NCBI GenBank assembly: GCA_963663405.2
Contig: CAXXSM010000130.1
Location: forward strand, 117,027-181,026
Direction: 5' to 3'
Origin: a bacterium
GTDB lineage: Bacteria > Hinthialibacterota > Hinthialibacteria > Hinthialibacterales > Hinthialibacteraceae
DNA length: 64,000 nt
Shown here: piece by piece, positions 1 through 10,132 of the stretch
How positions within the stretch are numbered: the stretch's first letter is position 1
Layout of the letters: the number at the start of each line of letters is the position of its first letter
Made by a program: the position numbers and the translations under genes
Notes under the pieces: model-generated
Database searches by the model: none
Seen by the model: only the letters and a program-made list of their open reading frames with translations
Told to the model about the DNA's origin: nothing

Positions 1-139
1 TCACACCTTCCCCCGCGCGTTCCATTAAGAATAGACCGGCTATACCCCGTTCTTCGATCGCGATTCGATCGATCGAAGCCATAACGGTACCCGTCACTAC
101 ACGCAGAGGATAGGATGGAGACAATACACACTCGCTCAT
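1..139 (-). CDS. NAD(P)H-hydrate epimerase/dehydratase (YjeF/Nnr) N-terminus, truncated by window edge
   Basis: Manual translation from ATG at 139: MSECVLSPSYPLRVVTGTVMASIDRIAIEERGIAGLFLMERAGEGV, matching the YjeF_N start motif (M..iD..ai...gi....LME.AG). Not in the ORF track. Confidence 0.75.
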   Translation of the reverse strand, partial: MSECVLSPSYPLRVVTGTVMASIDRIAIEERGIAGLFLMERAGEGV

Positions 140-205
140 GGGAGCTAAACACCATGACGAGGTTAGGAAGGGCGAATCGGAATTCGTTCCGTATGTGAGA
201 CAGCG

Positions 206-592
206 CTATACCATCTCACGTTCTTTCGCTTCGACATCCCGATAGAAGAGATCATGTAACCAGACTAAAATTGATACAATAATGAAACCTTTCCACAACG
301 TATCGAAGAAGAAATCAAGCGAAAGTTTTTCGATGTGACCTATACCTATATGAACATCTTCTGCGCCCTGCTTGATGATTGTTAACGTATTATCCCAACC
401 GACAAGCATTATCAAGGCGAAGTATTTCTGCACGTAGCAGAATACGATAAAAAAGAGACAAACGACGAGATATTCCCAAAACGCGAATTTTCGCCTGGGG
501 GTGGATGGTGTCTCCACCTTTTTGGTGTTTTGCGGTTTTGGTGTAGGTTGAATAACGGAAGCCGATTTGCGGCCTTTCTTTCCTCGTGCCAT
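206..592 (-). CDS. Hypothetical membrane protein (basic N-terminus, 2 TM segments)
   Basis: 128-aa ORF with two hydrophobic stretches; co-oriented with the downstream nnr-like gene. Confidence 0.7.
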   Translation of the reverse strand: MARGKKGRKSASVIQPTPKPQNTKKVETPSTPRRKFAFWEYLVVCLFFIVFCYVQKYFALIMLVGWDNTLTIIKQGAEDVHIGIGHIEKLSLDFFFDTLWKGFIIVSILVWLHDLFYRDVEAKEREMV

Positions 593-943
593 TTCATTCT
601 TTCCTGTTTTGCATTTTACAGGTTAAACGTACATTGTAACTCAAAGATAACGGAGAAAGGAAGGGGAAACTGGTTCTTTGCGGAAGAAAAAAGTCTTTCA
701 ATCTATTTTTTTTGTTTATTGCAATCATAGACAAATTATAGCGCATAATGGGTAGATATTTTTGAGCATTGCATTTCTCATTTAGTATAACTATGTTTAT
801 CATAATTTTTTTAATTTTTTATTATCGGTATTTCGATCCTTGAATCGAGCATTTGAATATGAGATGATTGTTAGATATTTATAAAATGAGCGTTATTCCC
901 TGCGGATGGGATGGCTCCAATTTTTTTTTTAGGAGATCTTTCA

Positions 944-1785
944 ATGAAGAGAGTCTTATTTTTTCGCGTTGCTAGTCGTTGTATTCGCTCCTCTTTCAAT
1001 CGCGTAATCGATTATAATTGTCACCGATGCGCCTGAAGGTGAAGTCGAGGGATCGGGAAACTTGGGTGATTTTTTACGGGGTCTTGGGTATACGGTCGAC
1101 GCCGATCCGGGTGATCCAGACCAGAACGAGGGTGGAAACAGCGCTTTTCGTGATGTTCTGACCGATGAAGAGATTGCGCTTCTTGAGATCTACGATCTCG
1201 TTATTGTTCATCGTTCGACGAACAGTGGTGATTTTGATCAGAGCGCTATTTTCTGGAATGAGCTGCAAGTTCCCCTATTGCTTGGAAGTTCTTATTTGGG
1301 GGCGCAACACAGATCCTCGTTGGAATTGGGTGATTGGCCCTACCGCCAGAGAAACTTCACAATACTTGGAAGTCGCTGAACCGGATCACCCGATTTTTAC
1401 GGGGATTGAAATAGTAGATGGCAAAGTCGATCTCTATACGCAAGATCAAGATATTGATTATCTTGATACCGGTGGTCAAGAGGGATTGGGGAATGGAATT
1501 CTTCTGGCGGAAACCGAGTTAAACTTAGGCACGGCCATAGCTGTTTGGGATGGGGATGGCTCAACGCTGGTTCCTTTCCAACCCGACGGGATTGATGAGC
1601 ATTCTTATAGGCGGGTGTTTTTTGCTATGATGCGCTATTTTGAAGACGATGATACTGTCGATATCACTTTCGAGCAATATTCGGAAAATGGGCTCCAACT
1701 GATGGCTAACGCCGTTGAATATACCATGACAGGCGAAGTCACGGGTGGACCTATTACATCTGTGGCGACTTGGAGTCTTTATTGA
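944..1785 (+). CDS. Secreted acidic hypothetical protein ending in TSVATWSLY (frameshifted in assembly)
   Basis: AGGAG RBS at 931 and ATG at 944 with signal-peptide-like MKRVLF...; continues through ORFs 1062..1379 and 1165..1785 across indels. Confidence 0.7.
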
Positions 1786-1888
1786 TCGATTGAATGCCGA
1801 TCATGAATTAGAAATTTTTTAGATATATAATGAGTGTGGGTATAATTTGAGTTTTTCAATACATGTTTTGCTTTCAAGAGGCTGGTCA

Positions 1889-1917
1889 GCAAGGGGAAGG
1901 TTTTTTTCTCCCCTTGC
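1889..1917. terminator. Hairpin GCAAGGGGA-loop-TCCCCTTGC between convergent genes
   Basis: 9-bp perfect stem. Confidence 0.45.
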
Positions 1918-2012
1918 ATAATTTTCGGAACGTAGCCAGGGCAGAAAAAAGCCTTGCCCTGGGCGCCCGCGCAAGCGCCGGTTCTTGCCCTGGTTACCTG
2001 CGTATTTATAAT
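1918..2012 (+). repeat. REP-like element copy 1 (GTAG + CCAGGGCA-GAAAAAAGCCT-TGCCCTGG hairpin)
   Basis: The core GCCAGGGCAGAAAAAAGCCTTGCCCTGGGC is identical to the one at ~53078-53107; flanks are similar (ATAATTT...CGTA and ...TTATAAT). Confidence 0.75.
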
Positions 2013-2036
2013 AGGCGGTCCTTGTGGCCGCCTTTT
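2013..2036. terminator. Probable intrinsic terminator AGGCGGTC-CTTGT-GGCCGCCT-TTTT
   Basis: GC stem followed by a T-tract between convergent genes. Confidence 0.55.
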
Positions 2037-2068
2037 TATATTCTTACCAATTATTTATTATATTTTGG

Positions 2069-3314
2069 TCATCCTGGTTGCGTTTGATCGGATTCTTCTT
2101 CTTCCAGCGGTTCTTTTCTCTCATCCGGAATTTCTTCTATTGTTTCTGTTTTAAGGAAGGTTTCTTCTTTCTGGTCGTGCGTTTCTTCGTTCTCAGGAGG
2201 ATTCTCTTCTTCGGTCTCGATTTCTAGGCTGGGATCTTCATTCTTTTCTAATGCCTCATTTTCTTCACGAGGGATTTCTATATTTGTTTCAATTTCTTGG
2301 GTGATTTCTTCTTTTTTGTCCAACACTTCTTCATAGGGGATGACACTAGGTTTTTGGCAAATTAGAAATGAATGGTTATGTTGGAGTATATTCAGGTCGA
2401 TGAACATCTTTTCCACTTCCATGATTAATCGAATGATGGCGATATGTTCCCAATGGTTTTCTTCATCGAAATTGCCCATGATGGCGTCAAAGAGGAGATG
2501 AAGAATCGATCCACCGTAATTTTTCTGCTCAATGACGTTGAAACGTTCATAGAGGGCGGGGATGATGCGCTCGGAGGAGATGGCCTCGAACGCGAGGTGA
2601 TCCCGCATGTATTCGATTGTCGGGCGTTCAATCATGTATTTCACTTTGTCTGGTTCGCGGAGATTCCGGATCAGATCGGAGGGAAGACAGGATAGCAGCC
2701 GATTGGTGACGCCGATTTGCGCTTGCGTCCATTGAAACCGGTTCGGTCCGATATATTCATTTACGATTAAATACCCTTCGGGTTTCAACCAGACTTTCAG
2801 GCAATCCAGACATTCTTCCAAACGATCGAAGTGATGAAGGGCCATGGACACGACGATTAGATCATAGCGGTTTTCGTTCTGGGTGTGATCCAAGTGATTC
2901 GCATCGGCGGTGAAATAAAGCGTTCGTTCGGCCAATCCTTCTTTTTCGGCGTTTTTTCGAGCGGATGCGATCGCTTGCGCGCTGATATCGAATCCTTCCA
3001 TACGTTGGGTGAGTTCCTGCCGCAGAATTAGATGACATAATTCACCATGTCCGCATCCGACAGTCAAACCGAGAGGAAGGGAGGATTGGCAGTATTGATC
3101 TTTGAAATAATCCAGCCAATTGATATCGGACCGTCCGGAGATGCAGGTATTGATATGCCGCCGGATGAGAGGGGAATCGAACCAGGATAGAGGGGTGTCT
3201 TTTTTTTTCCCGTCCCCACAGTTCGGCCTCCCTTTCAGCCATCTTTTTGTAGGAAGTGTCAATTGTATCAGCGGCTGTTGTGGTGATTTGATTGTTTGGT
3301 TGGGAGGATTTCAT
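2069..3314 (-). CDS. Class I SAM-dependent methyltransferase with long Glu-rich C-terminal tail (one frameshift near 3200)
   Basis: Motif I LTVGCGHG, GFDIS, ALHHF and EYIGP. True N-terminus is ORF 3042..3314 (MKSSQ...), joined at the T-run ~3200-3208. Confidence 0.85.
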
Positions 3315-4195
3315 GACCGCAATTCAAATCCTTTCCCTGATTCGTGCAGGATTAATTCGTATAGATAACAGCGGGCTTTCCATCGATTGAGCGCGTGGAT
3401 CATTTGGCGCGATTCTTCCTCCTTTTGTCTGAGGAGTGTTTGGAGATCGAGCGTTTGTTTTGTTGTCTGTTCTAATAAATAACTGAGGTTATTGGTATGT
3501 TTCACAAGAGCTTGTTTCTGACCGGTCGTGGATTCTGAGATTTGCTTCATCTCTTTTTTAATGATGTCTTCCAGATTGGCGGCGTGTTTGCGCAGTTCCT
3601 TGTTCTCTTCTCCGACGAGATTCGTGAGGTGTTTTGTATTCTCCTCGGTGAGATGTTCAAGATTACTCGCATGAGCGACGCTGGTGCCTAAAAGGCTGTC
3701 GATGTTTTTTACATGCTCCAGCAAACTTTGATTCTGTTGCTGGGTTAGATTGGCGACATTTTTCATTTCTTCACGCAGAAGCCGTTCAAGGTTATGTGAA
3801 TGGTCTGTGTTTTTATCTAAAAGATCTGATAAGTTCTGTGAGTGGTTCAGAAGTTTTTGATTTTGTATTTCGATTAGATTGGCGAAATGTTTCAGGCTTT
3901 CCGCAGTGAGATGTTCAAGATTGCGTGAATGATCGAGCAGTTTTTTACAGTGCTCTTCGAGAATTTCGGTTTGCTTCCGAACTATATTCTTGAGATCAGC
4001 AGTCTCTTCGTTAAGAAGATGTTCGAGGTTTTTCGAATGATGGCTGCATTCCTTAAGGAGATGTTCGAGATTATGTGAGTGTTCCATCAAGCCATCGCGA
4101 TGACGCTCCACCATCGCCAGAGATTCTTTCAGTGGATTGGTTAGGGTACTTTTTTTTTGTATTTTTTTGGGAAGATTCTTGACTGTCATCCTCAA
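3311..4195 (-). CDS. Coiled-coil protein with H-x-x-N-L repeats
   Basis: About 11 HxxNL-type units in 294 aa; stop overlaps the methyltransferase start (ATGA 3311-3314). Confidence 0.8.
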   Translation of the reverse strand: MRMTVKNLPKKIQKKSTLTNPLKESLAMVERHRDGLMEHSHNLEHLLKECSHHSKNLEHLLNEETADLKNIVRKQTEILEEHCKKLLDHSRNLEHLTAESLKHFANLIEIQNQKLLNHSQNLSDLLDKNTDHSHNLERLLREEMKNVANLTQQQNQSLLEHVKNIDSLLGTSVAHASNLEHLTEENTKHLTNLVGEENKELRKHAANLEDIIKKEMKQISESTTGQKQALVKHTNNLSYLLEQTTKQTLDLQTLLRQKEEESRQMIHALNRWKARCYLYELILHESGKGFELRS

Positions 4196-4410
4196 AACCC
4201 TTGTATATGATTAAACGATTCCTAACACAGTGTTAATTAATCATTTTATCGTTTTTCGAGAGGCCTGTACAACCGCTAAGGAATAATGAAACGGTAAAAA
4301 AAGAACTTTCCTTCCGCGATGGCCTTATTGACGTCCCAATCAGGGAGTATCGATAATCAGGGCTTTTATGCGTCTATATACCGTGTACAATATTCGTGGA
4401 GTTTTGAAAG

Positions 4411-4527
4411 ATGAATAAAACACACAATCCACGCAGCGCCATCAATTTACTTCGCCTGATCGCTCTTACGATCGTGACCGGCGTTGTCTATGTATTGCTC
4501 AAAATTCAGGGAAAACTGCGGATGTAA
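4411..4527 (+). CDS. Small single-TM peptide (38 aa)
   Basis: MNKTHNPRSAINLLRLIALTIVTGVVYVLLKIQGKLRM; GGAG upstream and a TTGACG...GATAAT promoter-like pair near 4328-4357. Confidence 0.55.
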   Translation: MNKTHNPRSAINLLRLIALTIVTGVVYVLLKIQGKLRM

Positions 4528-4564
4528 TTCCGTTTACCTTCTATCCACTTTTCCACTTTCCGAA

Positions 4565-6131
4565 TTATTCTTCTGTTTTTCGTTGGAAATAGATCATCCG
4601 AGCGTAATAGGTTTCTTTTGTCGCAATCAGTTCCGGCGCTTTGAAATGGCGTTCAAGGAATTCCCGGACCGGTTGAAGATGGGGATCCTGGTCTTCGAAA
4701 ATTTGATGGTAATATTTCCCATACATCACACAGAGATCGATCGGCAGCGTTTCCCAATATGCGGTGGTTTTTTTCATATCTTCTAATGTGAGATACTTGC
4801 GGCCGGCGGTATTCATAAATGGAGGAATGCGGACTTGGCGATTTCCCCGGATGGAAGGAGGAACTTCTTTGTCCGTCCAAATATAAAACGCTGAATTGAC
4901 AAAACAGAGAAGGTATTCTGACGGACAACGCCGTTGGATAAAAGCGGCGAAACCACGTTCATCCTTCAGTGTAATATTTGGATATTGCCAATTTGATCGC
5001 GGCCAGAACGGCGCCGTACAAAGGAGTATCAAGACGATTGGAATGGCGGGATGGAGAAGGATTGACATCCTGACGGGTATTTTTTCCATTAACCAGGCAC
5101 AAAAACCACCCGCGAGGATACAAGCGGGCGCGGTGATCACCAGCATGTAATGCGGCCAGACGTGACTTAAAGCGAAGAGGTTGACTCCAAATTCCAAGAC
5201 CAGCCAGACAGCGGGTATCCACAACAGCCGGAATCGTTTTGAAAGAATTGCCATGACGCCAAACAACGCAAGAAACCAGACGAGAGGATTAAAATGCGCG
5301 ATCATCCGGAATTCCATCCACCGGTCCAGCAGTGTGTAATGAAAGAATCCAGCCATCGCGGTGTTGGCCCCTATCAGATCGTAGAAAAAAGGCTCCATCG
5401 CCCCAATCGAGACGATCACAATCAATAGAAGAATCAATGGAGGTAGAAATCCGGCCAAGAACCACATCAGGTTCCTGGCAATGGACTTTTTTTCTCCATA
5501 AAAAAAATCCCGCCAGCGCCAGAATAGGAAGAATCGTCACTCCCGTCTGTTTATTCAATATACAGAGAGCGCTGAATAGACCCGCCAGCGTCATGTATAA
5601 CGCTTGGTTGCGTCTGCGTCCTATGGTGAATAGGGCGAGCGCCCAGATCGACAATTCCGGCGCCAAAGTTGAGACATGCAAGGCTTTCGCCCAAATCGCG
5701 GAATAGGGATCGAACGCCAACCAGCATGCGGCGAATAATCCTGTCTTTTCATCTCTCAACTCCCGTCCAAGAAGCCAAATTGCGAAGATGGAAGAGATGG
5801 AGAATAGAATCATGAATATCCGGACAGGAACGATTGGAACGCTTGAAAACAGGAAAAACGGGAAACTCAAGATCGAGACAAGTGGCGGTTTGTTCAGATG
5901 AACATCTAAATAGGGCAAATGCCCCCGCATCCATTCTCTCCCTTGCATGAGATAATCGCCTTCATCTACATTCGTGCCACAAAAGAGAGTCCAGCTGCGA
6001 AGGATCAGCGCCAGCAGCAGAACAGCCGCAATTGGAAGATACGGCTCCATCCAGTTCTTTGAAGGTATTTGAACTTGTTGTGCTCTATTTTGGGAAGAAA
6101 CGATGGAATGGCTATCTGCTTGGCTATCCAT
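4565..6131 (-). CDS. GT-C fold glycosyltransferase (ArnT/GT39-like), one frameshift near 5490
   Basis: NVDEGDY and HLNKPPL loop motifs, many TM helices, WPHY motif; ORFs 5289..6131 + 4565..5467. Confidence 0.85.
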
Positions 6132-6152
6132 ACCAAACCTTTCTTGGAGGAA

Positions 6153-7214
6153 CTAGGTACCTTTATTTATATTCATGGATTTCCCGGACGGGAGAATATC
6201 CAATATAGTTTCGGGAATATTGTCGTTATATTCCGGATCGAAGAGATGACACGACACGGTCCGGTCTCCTATTTGTCTCAATTGGGGTTCTACAACGCCG
6301 CAAGGTTCGAAACAATACCGGCAGCGGGGATGAAAGTGGCAGCCTGGTGGGGTGTCCATTGGATTGGGAACATCGTCTTCTAGGAGTATCCGTTTTCTCT
6401 TGCTTGTTGGATCGGGAATGGGAACCGCTTCAAGAAGGGCTTGGGTGTAAGGATGTTTTGGTTTGGAAAAGAGCGCGTCCGTTTCAGCGAGTTCAACGAT
6501 TTTCCCTAGATACATGATGGCCATGCGGTCGCTGATGTGACGGGCGATAGATAAATCATGTGTGATGAAGAGATAACTCAATCCAAAACGATCCTTCAAG
6601 TCCATCAGTAGATTGACAATTTGCGCCTGGATTGACACATCCAGCGCTGAAACCGCCTCATCGGCTATGATTAGTTCCGGTTCGACGGAAAGGGCGCGGG
6701 CGATGCCGATGCGCTGACGCTGCCCACCGGAAAACTCATGTGGATACCGTTTCAGATGATCTTCCCCCAATCCGACGGATTGGAGCAGTTCAATACATCG
6801 TTCCCGGCGCGCTTGCCGTGTGGCCGCAAGGCGGAAGATCGACAACGGTTCGCTGATTGCGCTACCTGCGGTCAAACGGGGATTGAGCGAGGAATATGGA
6901 TCTTGAAATACGATCTGTATCATTTTCCGGTATGGGCGCATCGCTTTTTGAGATAGCGTCAACAGATTGGGGGAATCCTTGAACCGCACATCGCCACTCG
7001 AAGCGTCCAGAAGACCCAGAATCATACGTCCCACTGTTGTTTTTCCACATCCGCTCTCACCCGCTAGACCCAGCGTTTCCCCTTTGTGAATCGTAAATGA
7101 AACACCATCCACTGCTTTGACATGATTCACGACACGCCCGAATACCCCTTTGCGGACGGGGAAATGTTTTATTAGATCCGTGACGGTTAAAAGCGCTTCT
7201 TTATCCACTTTCAC
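6153..7214 (-). CDS. Oligopeptide/dipeptide ABC transporter ATP-binding protein (OppF/DppF/AppF family)
   Basis: Walker A GESGCGKT, FSGGQRQRI signature, HPYT, C-terminal GCHFHPRC...C...CH. Confidence 0.95.
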   Translation of the reverse strand: MKVDKEALLTVTDLIKHFPVRKGVFGRVVNHVKAVDGVSFTIHKGETLGLAGESGCGKTTVGRMILGLLDASSGDVRFKDSPNLLTLSQKAMRPYRKMIQIVFQDPYSSLNPRLTAGSAISEPLSIFRLAATRQARRERCIELLQSVGLGEDHLKRYPHEFSGGQRQRIGIARALSVEPELIIADEAVSALDVSIQAQIVNLLMDLKDRFGLSYLFITHDLSIARHISDRMAIMYLGKIVELAETDALFSKPKHPYTQALLEAVPIPDPTSKRKRILLEDDVPNPMDTPPGCHFHPRCRYCFEPCGVVEPQLRQIGDRTVSCHLFDPEYNDNIPETILDILPSGKSMNINKGT

Positions 7215-7408
7215 TTTGCTATGTCCTCAGAATCGTTGTAACACATAGTGCCCAGAACGGATGAAACGGTCAATGGCTGACAGAAGGATCAAGAAAAGCG
7301 CGGACAAGTATCCAAAATGAAATTTTTTTTTATTGAGGATAAAAACGTATATAATTACTGTATTAGTAATTTATTATTCTTATTCAATCACATTTTTTGG
7401 AGGTCAGT

Positions 7409-10018
7409 ATGAGAAAAACGTATTTCTGCATTGGTTTGGTCTGTTTGGGAATGGTTTTGGGAATGGGAGTTTGGGCGGATGAATGGGATCCAAGGGATGA
7501 TACGCCCTATGGGGCGACAAATTTAGGCGTCATTCCTTACGATGGGATTGAACATCCTGATCATACTCTGAATCCGAGTGATACAGAAGATTTTTTCCGT
7601 TTCACACTTCGAGGAGGATATTCATATGGGATTTATTCGATGGGTTATTATAACGCAGATTTAACTGGATATATGATTGACGAGGAAGGCCAGGAATATT
7701 GGGATGAAGAATCTGGTTTTAATTCAAACTTTGCTTTTATTATTTCTCCAAAGGAAAACACGAGTAAGGAATTTACACTGCGAGTAATGAGACAAACTGA
7801 TGCAGGTGATTACAAATATGATTTGTATATTGAGGCTTTTGATGATCCCTGGGATCCGAATGAAGATACGGATACAGCGACAAATTTAGGACGGCCCACG
7901 GATAAGGAACAGACCTTAGGTCCCCTCGTTTTAGGTGGGATTAATTACGATGATGGAGGCGCAAGTGATTCTAGTGATATTATTCAATTCTTCCTGGAAA
8001 AAGATAAAACGTACACGTTTTGGACGACAGGGCAAAATGATACGCGTGCCACTTTGCGGCAAGGGTCAACCTTAGGAACGATTTTAGGGAATGATGAAGA
8101 TAGCGGTCCGGACAAGAACTTCAAGATCGAATATACACCTACAAGTGATGTCCGAGTTTATCTGAAAATTGGAATGAATGCGGATGAGGGCGCGTATACG
8201 CTTCACTACCTTCATGAACCGGAAGTGGAACAGCTTGATCCCTGGGAACCGGATCACCCCTACGACAATGCGACGCCCTTAGATGTACCCACTGATCAAT
8301 GGCAAACCAATGGACCTCATCTTCTTAAAAAAAATATTGATGATGAAGATTATTTCCGATTTGAACTGCCCTCAGGACAAAATTATATTTTTAGGGCGAA
8401 GGGCAATGCGAAAGCGGATGGACAAATCTTAGATAAATATGGCCGTGTCGTCAAATTAGAACCCTTTAGCGGGAATCCAGAATATCCATTTGTCATTGAT
8501 TACCGTGTATTGTATCAAGGTGTCTATTATATCGCCGCCATATTATTTGCACCGGAAGATAACGTTGAATATTCCTATGAACTTTCCTATATCGGTTCCC
8601 ATGAACCAGAAGCGGTGGAATTAGATACACCCACGGAAGAAGAACAGGTTCTTTCGTCGCAGAAATTGGAACCGAGTGATATTCATTGGTATAAGTTCGT
8701 TCTATTTGAAGGAGTTCGATATGAATTCTGGTCTACTGGCGGTTCTGATGTCTACGCGGAACTCTACAAACACGATACGAGCAGGCAAGTTCAGGTAGAC
8801 GATGATAGTAGTGATGGGATGAATTTTAAAATCGACTACAAACCATGGGAATCCGACGCGTTTTACCTCGCCGTACGATCGAACGATCATGGGGAAATGG
8901 CGGAATACGATCTTCATTATAAAATCGTTACAGTCAGTACGGATACAGTGATTGGTGGTGAAATCGTCAATTCCGCCGTTCTAGAGACTGTCGATATCCC
9001 CATTTATGTCGAGAATCTAGCCGAAACGAAATCGATGACGTTTGATGTTGTTTTTGATTCGGATAAACTCGCTTGGGGATCGGACGCCCGTGTGATCCGG
9101 TTGGATACGATGTTGGCCGCCTGGGTGAATATTCAAGCCAACGAGGTTGAGCCGGGCCGTCTTCGCGTCGCGGCTACCGCGTTCGCCGGCTCTGGTGTTG
9201 AAAGAGACGGGGTGTTGGTGATTCTCCGGTTCGATGTTGGAAGCGGTGTCGAAGAAAATTCTCATACAACAATTTCTTTCGAGAATCTTAAAGATGGGCT
9301 GCAAGGCGCGCAGACAGATGATGTTCTTATCATTTTCACGATCAAACCCGAAAAAGGGGATGTGAATATGGATGGGGAGATCACCGCGTCTGACGCGCAG
9401 CTGGCGTTTCAAATATCACTCGACTCCGCCGGTGATGTGACCGAAGATCAAATCTGGGCGGCGGATATGACCGAGGACGGCGTTGTCACGGCGGAAGACG
9501 CTCAACAGATTCTTCTCGCGGCGGCGGGGATTAATCTTTCTGGGAAAACCGTTCGTCCTCAAGCCTTGGGTGATGAAACGGAGGGAGATGATTATACGAT
9601 CATCACGGTGGAACGGGTACAGGCCGCTCCTGGTGATTCGGTCTCTGTGCCTGTGCGAATCGATCCAGACCGCGATATCCGGGCGATTTTCGTCGAATTT
9701 TCTTATGACCGGAACAAGATGTCGTTCGTTGGGGAAGATTTTGAGGGAACGATGCTTGAACGATTCTATTTTGCTGGAACCAGTGAATATTATCCGGGCA
9801 AAGTGCGTCTAGCCGCCGCCGCTTCTCTCAATCGTCCCATCCAGGAAGAGGGTGTGCTGTGCAAACTGAATTTCAAGGTCAATGATGACGCTTCGGGTGT
9901 TTCCACAATTTCAATCAAAACCGTTCTGGATGATCTTCTCGGCGCTGAAACCGTGACCGGTTATGTCGCGATTCTCGAAGAAGAGATGACAACAATTGGG
10001 AACTGGATGGTGTATTAA
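7409..10018 (+). CDS. Secreted protein: 4 PPC-like domains + cohesin-dockerin-cohesin + C-terminal TTIGNWMVY
   Basis: Signal peptide; repeated D.F.F/DD.G...NF.I units; dockerin GDVNMDGEITASDA...AADMTEDGVVTAEDA flanked by cohesin-like beta-sandwiches. Confidence 0.85.
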   Translation: MRKTYFCIGLVCLGMVLGMGVWADEWDPRDDTPYGATNLGVIPYDGIEHPDHTLNPSDTEDFFRFTLRGGYSYGIYSMGYYNADLTGYMIDEEGQEYWDEESGFNSNFAFIISPKENTSKEFTLRVMRQTDAGDYKYDLYIEAFDDPWDPNEDTDTATNLGRPTDKEQTLGPLVLGGINYDDGGASDSSDIIQFFLEKDKTYTFWTTGQNDTRATLRQGSTLGTILGNDEDSGPDKNFKIEYTPTSDVRVYLKIGMNADEGAYTLHYLHEPEVEQLDPWEPDHPYDNATPLDVPTDQWQTNGPHLLKKNIDDEDYFRFELPSGQNYIFRAKGNAKADGQILDKYGRVVKLEPFSGNPEYPFVIDYRVLYQGVYYIAAILFAPEDNVEYSYELSYIGSHEPEAVELDTPTEEEQVLSSQKLEPSDIHWYKFVLFEGVRYEFWSTGGSDVYAELYKHDTSRQVQVDDDSSDGMNFKIDYKPWESDAFYLAVRSNDHGEMAEYDLHYKIVTVSTDTVIGGEIVNSAVLETVDIPIYVENLAETKSMTFDVVFDSDKLAWGSDARVIRLDTMLAAWVNIQANEVEPGRLRVAATAFAGSGVERDGVLVILRFDVGSGVEENSHTTISFENLKDGLQGAQTDDVLIIFTIKPEKGDVNMDGEITASDAQLAFQISLDSAGDVTEDQIWAADMTEDGVVTAEDAQQILLAAAGINLSGKTVRPQALGDETEGDDYTIITVERVQAAPGDSVSVPVRIDPDRDIRAIFVEFSYDRNKMSFVGEDFEGTMLERFYFAGTSEYYPGKVRLAAAASLNRPIQEEGVLCKLNFKVNDDASGVSTISIKTVLDDLLGAETVTGYVAILEEEMTTIGNWMVY

Positions 10019-10029
10019 TTAAGAAGACC

Positions 10030-10058
10030 GCAGGGGCAGGCGTGGCGTCTGCCCCTAT
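10030..10058. repeat. Palindromic element AGGGGCAGGC-GTG-GCGTCTGCCCCT (REP-like or terminator)
   Basis: GC-rich hairpin just after the stop at 10018. Confidence 0.45.
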
Positions 10059-10132
10059 TTTGATTATTTCTAAGATGGCATCCCTTTATTCGTGAATCTG
10101 AAATTATATTCAAACTATGTATAATACAGTGT

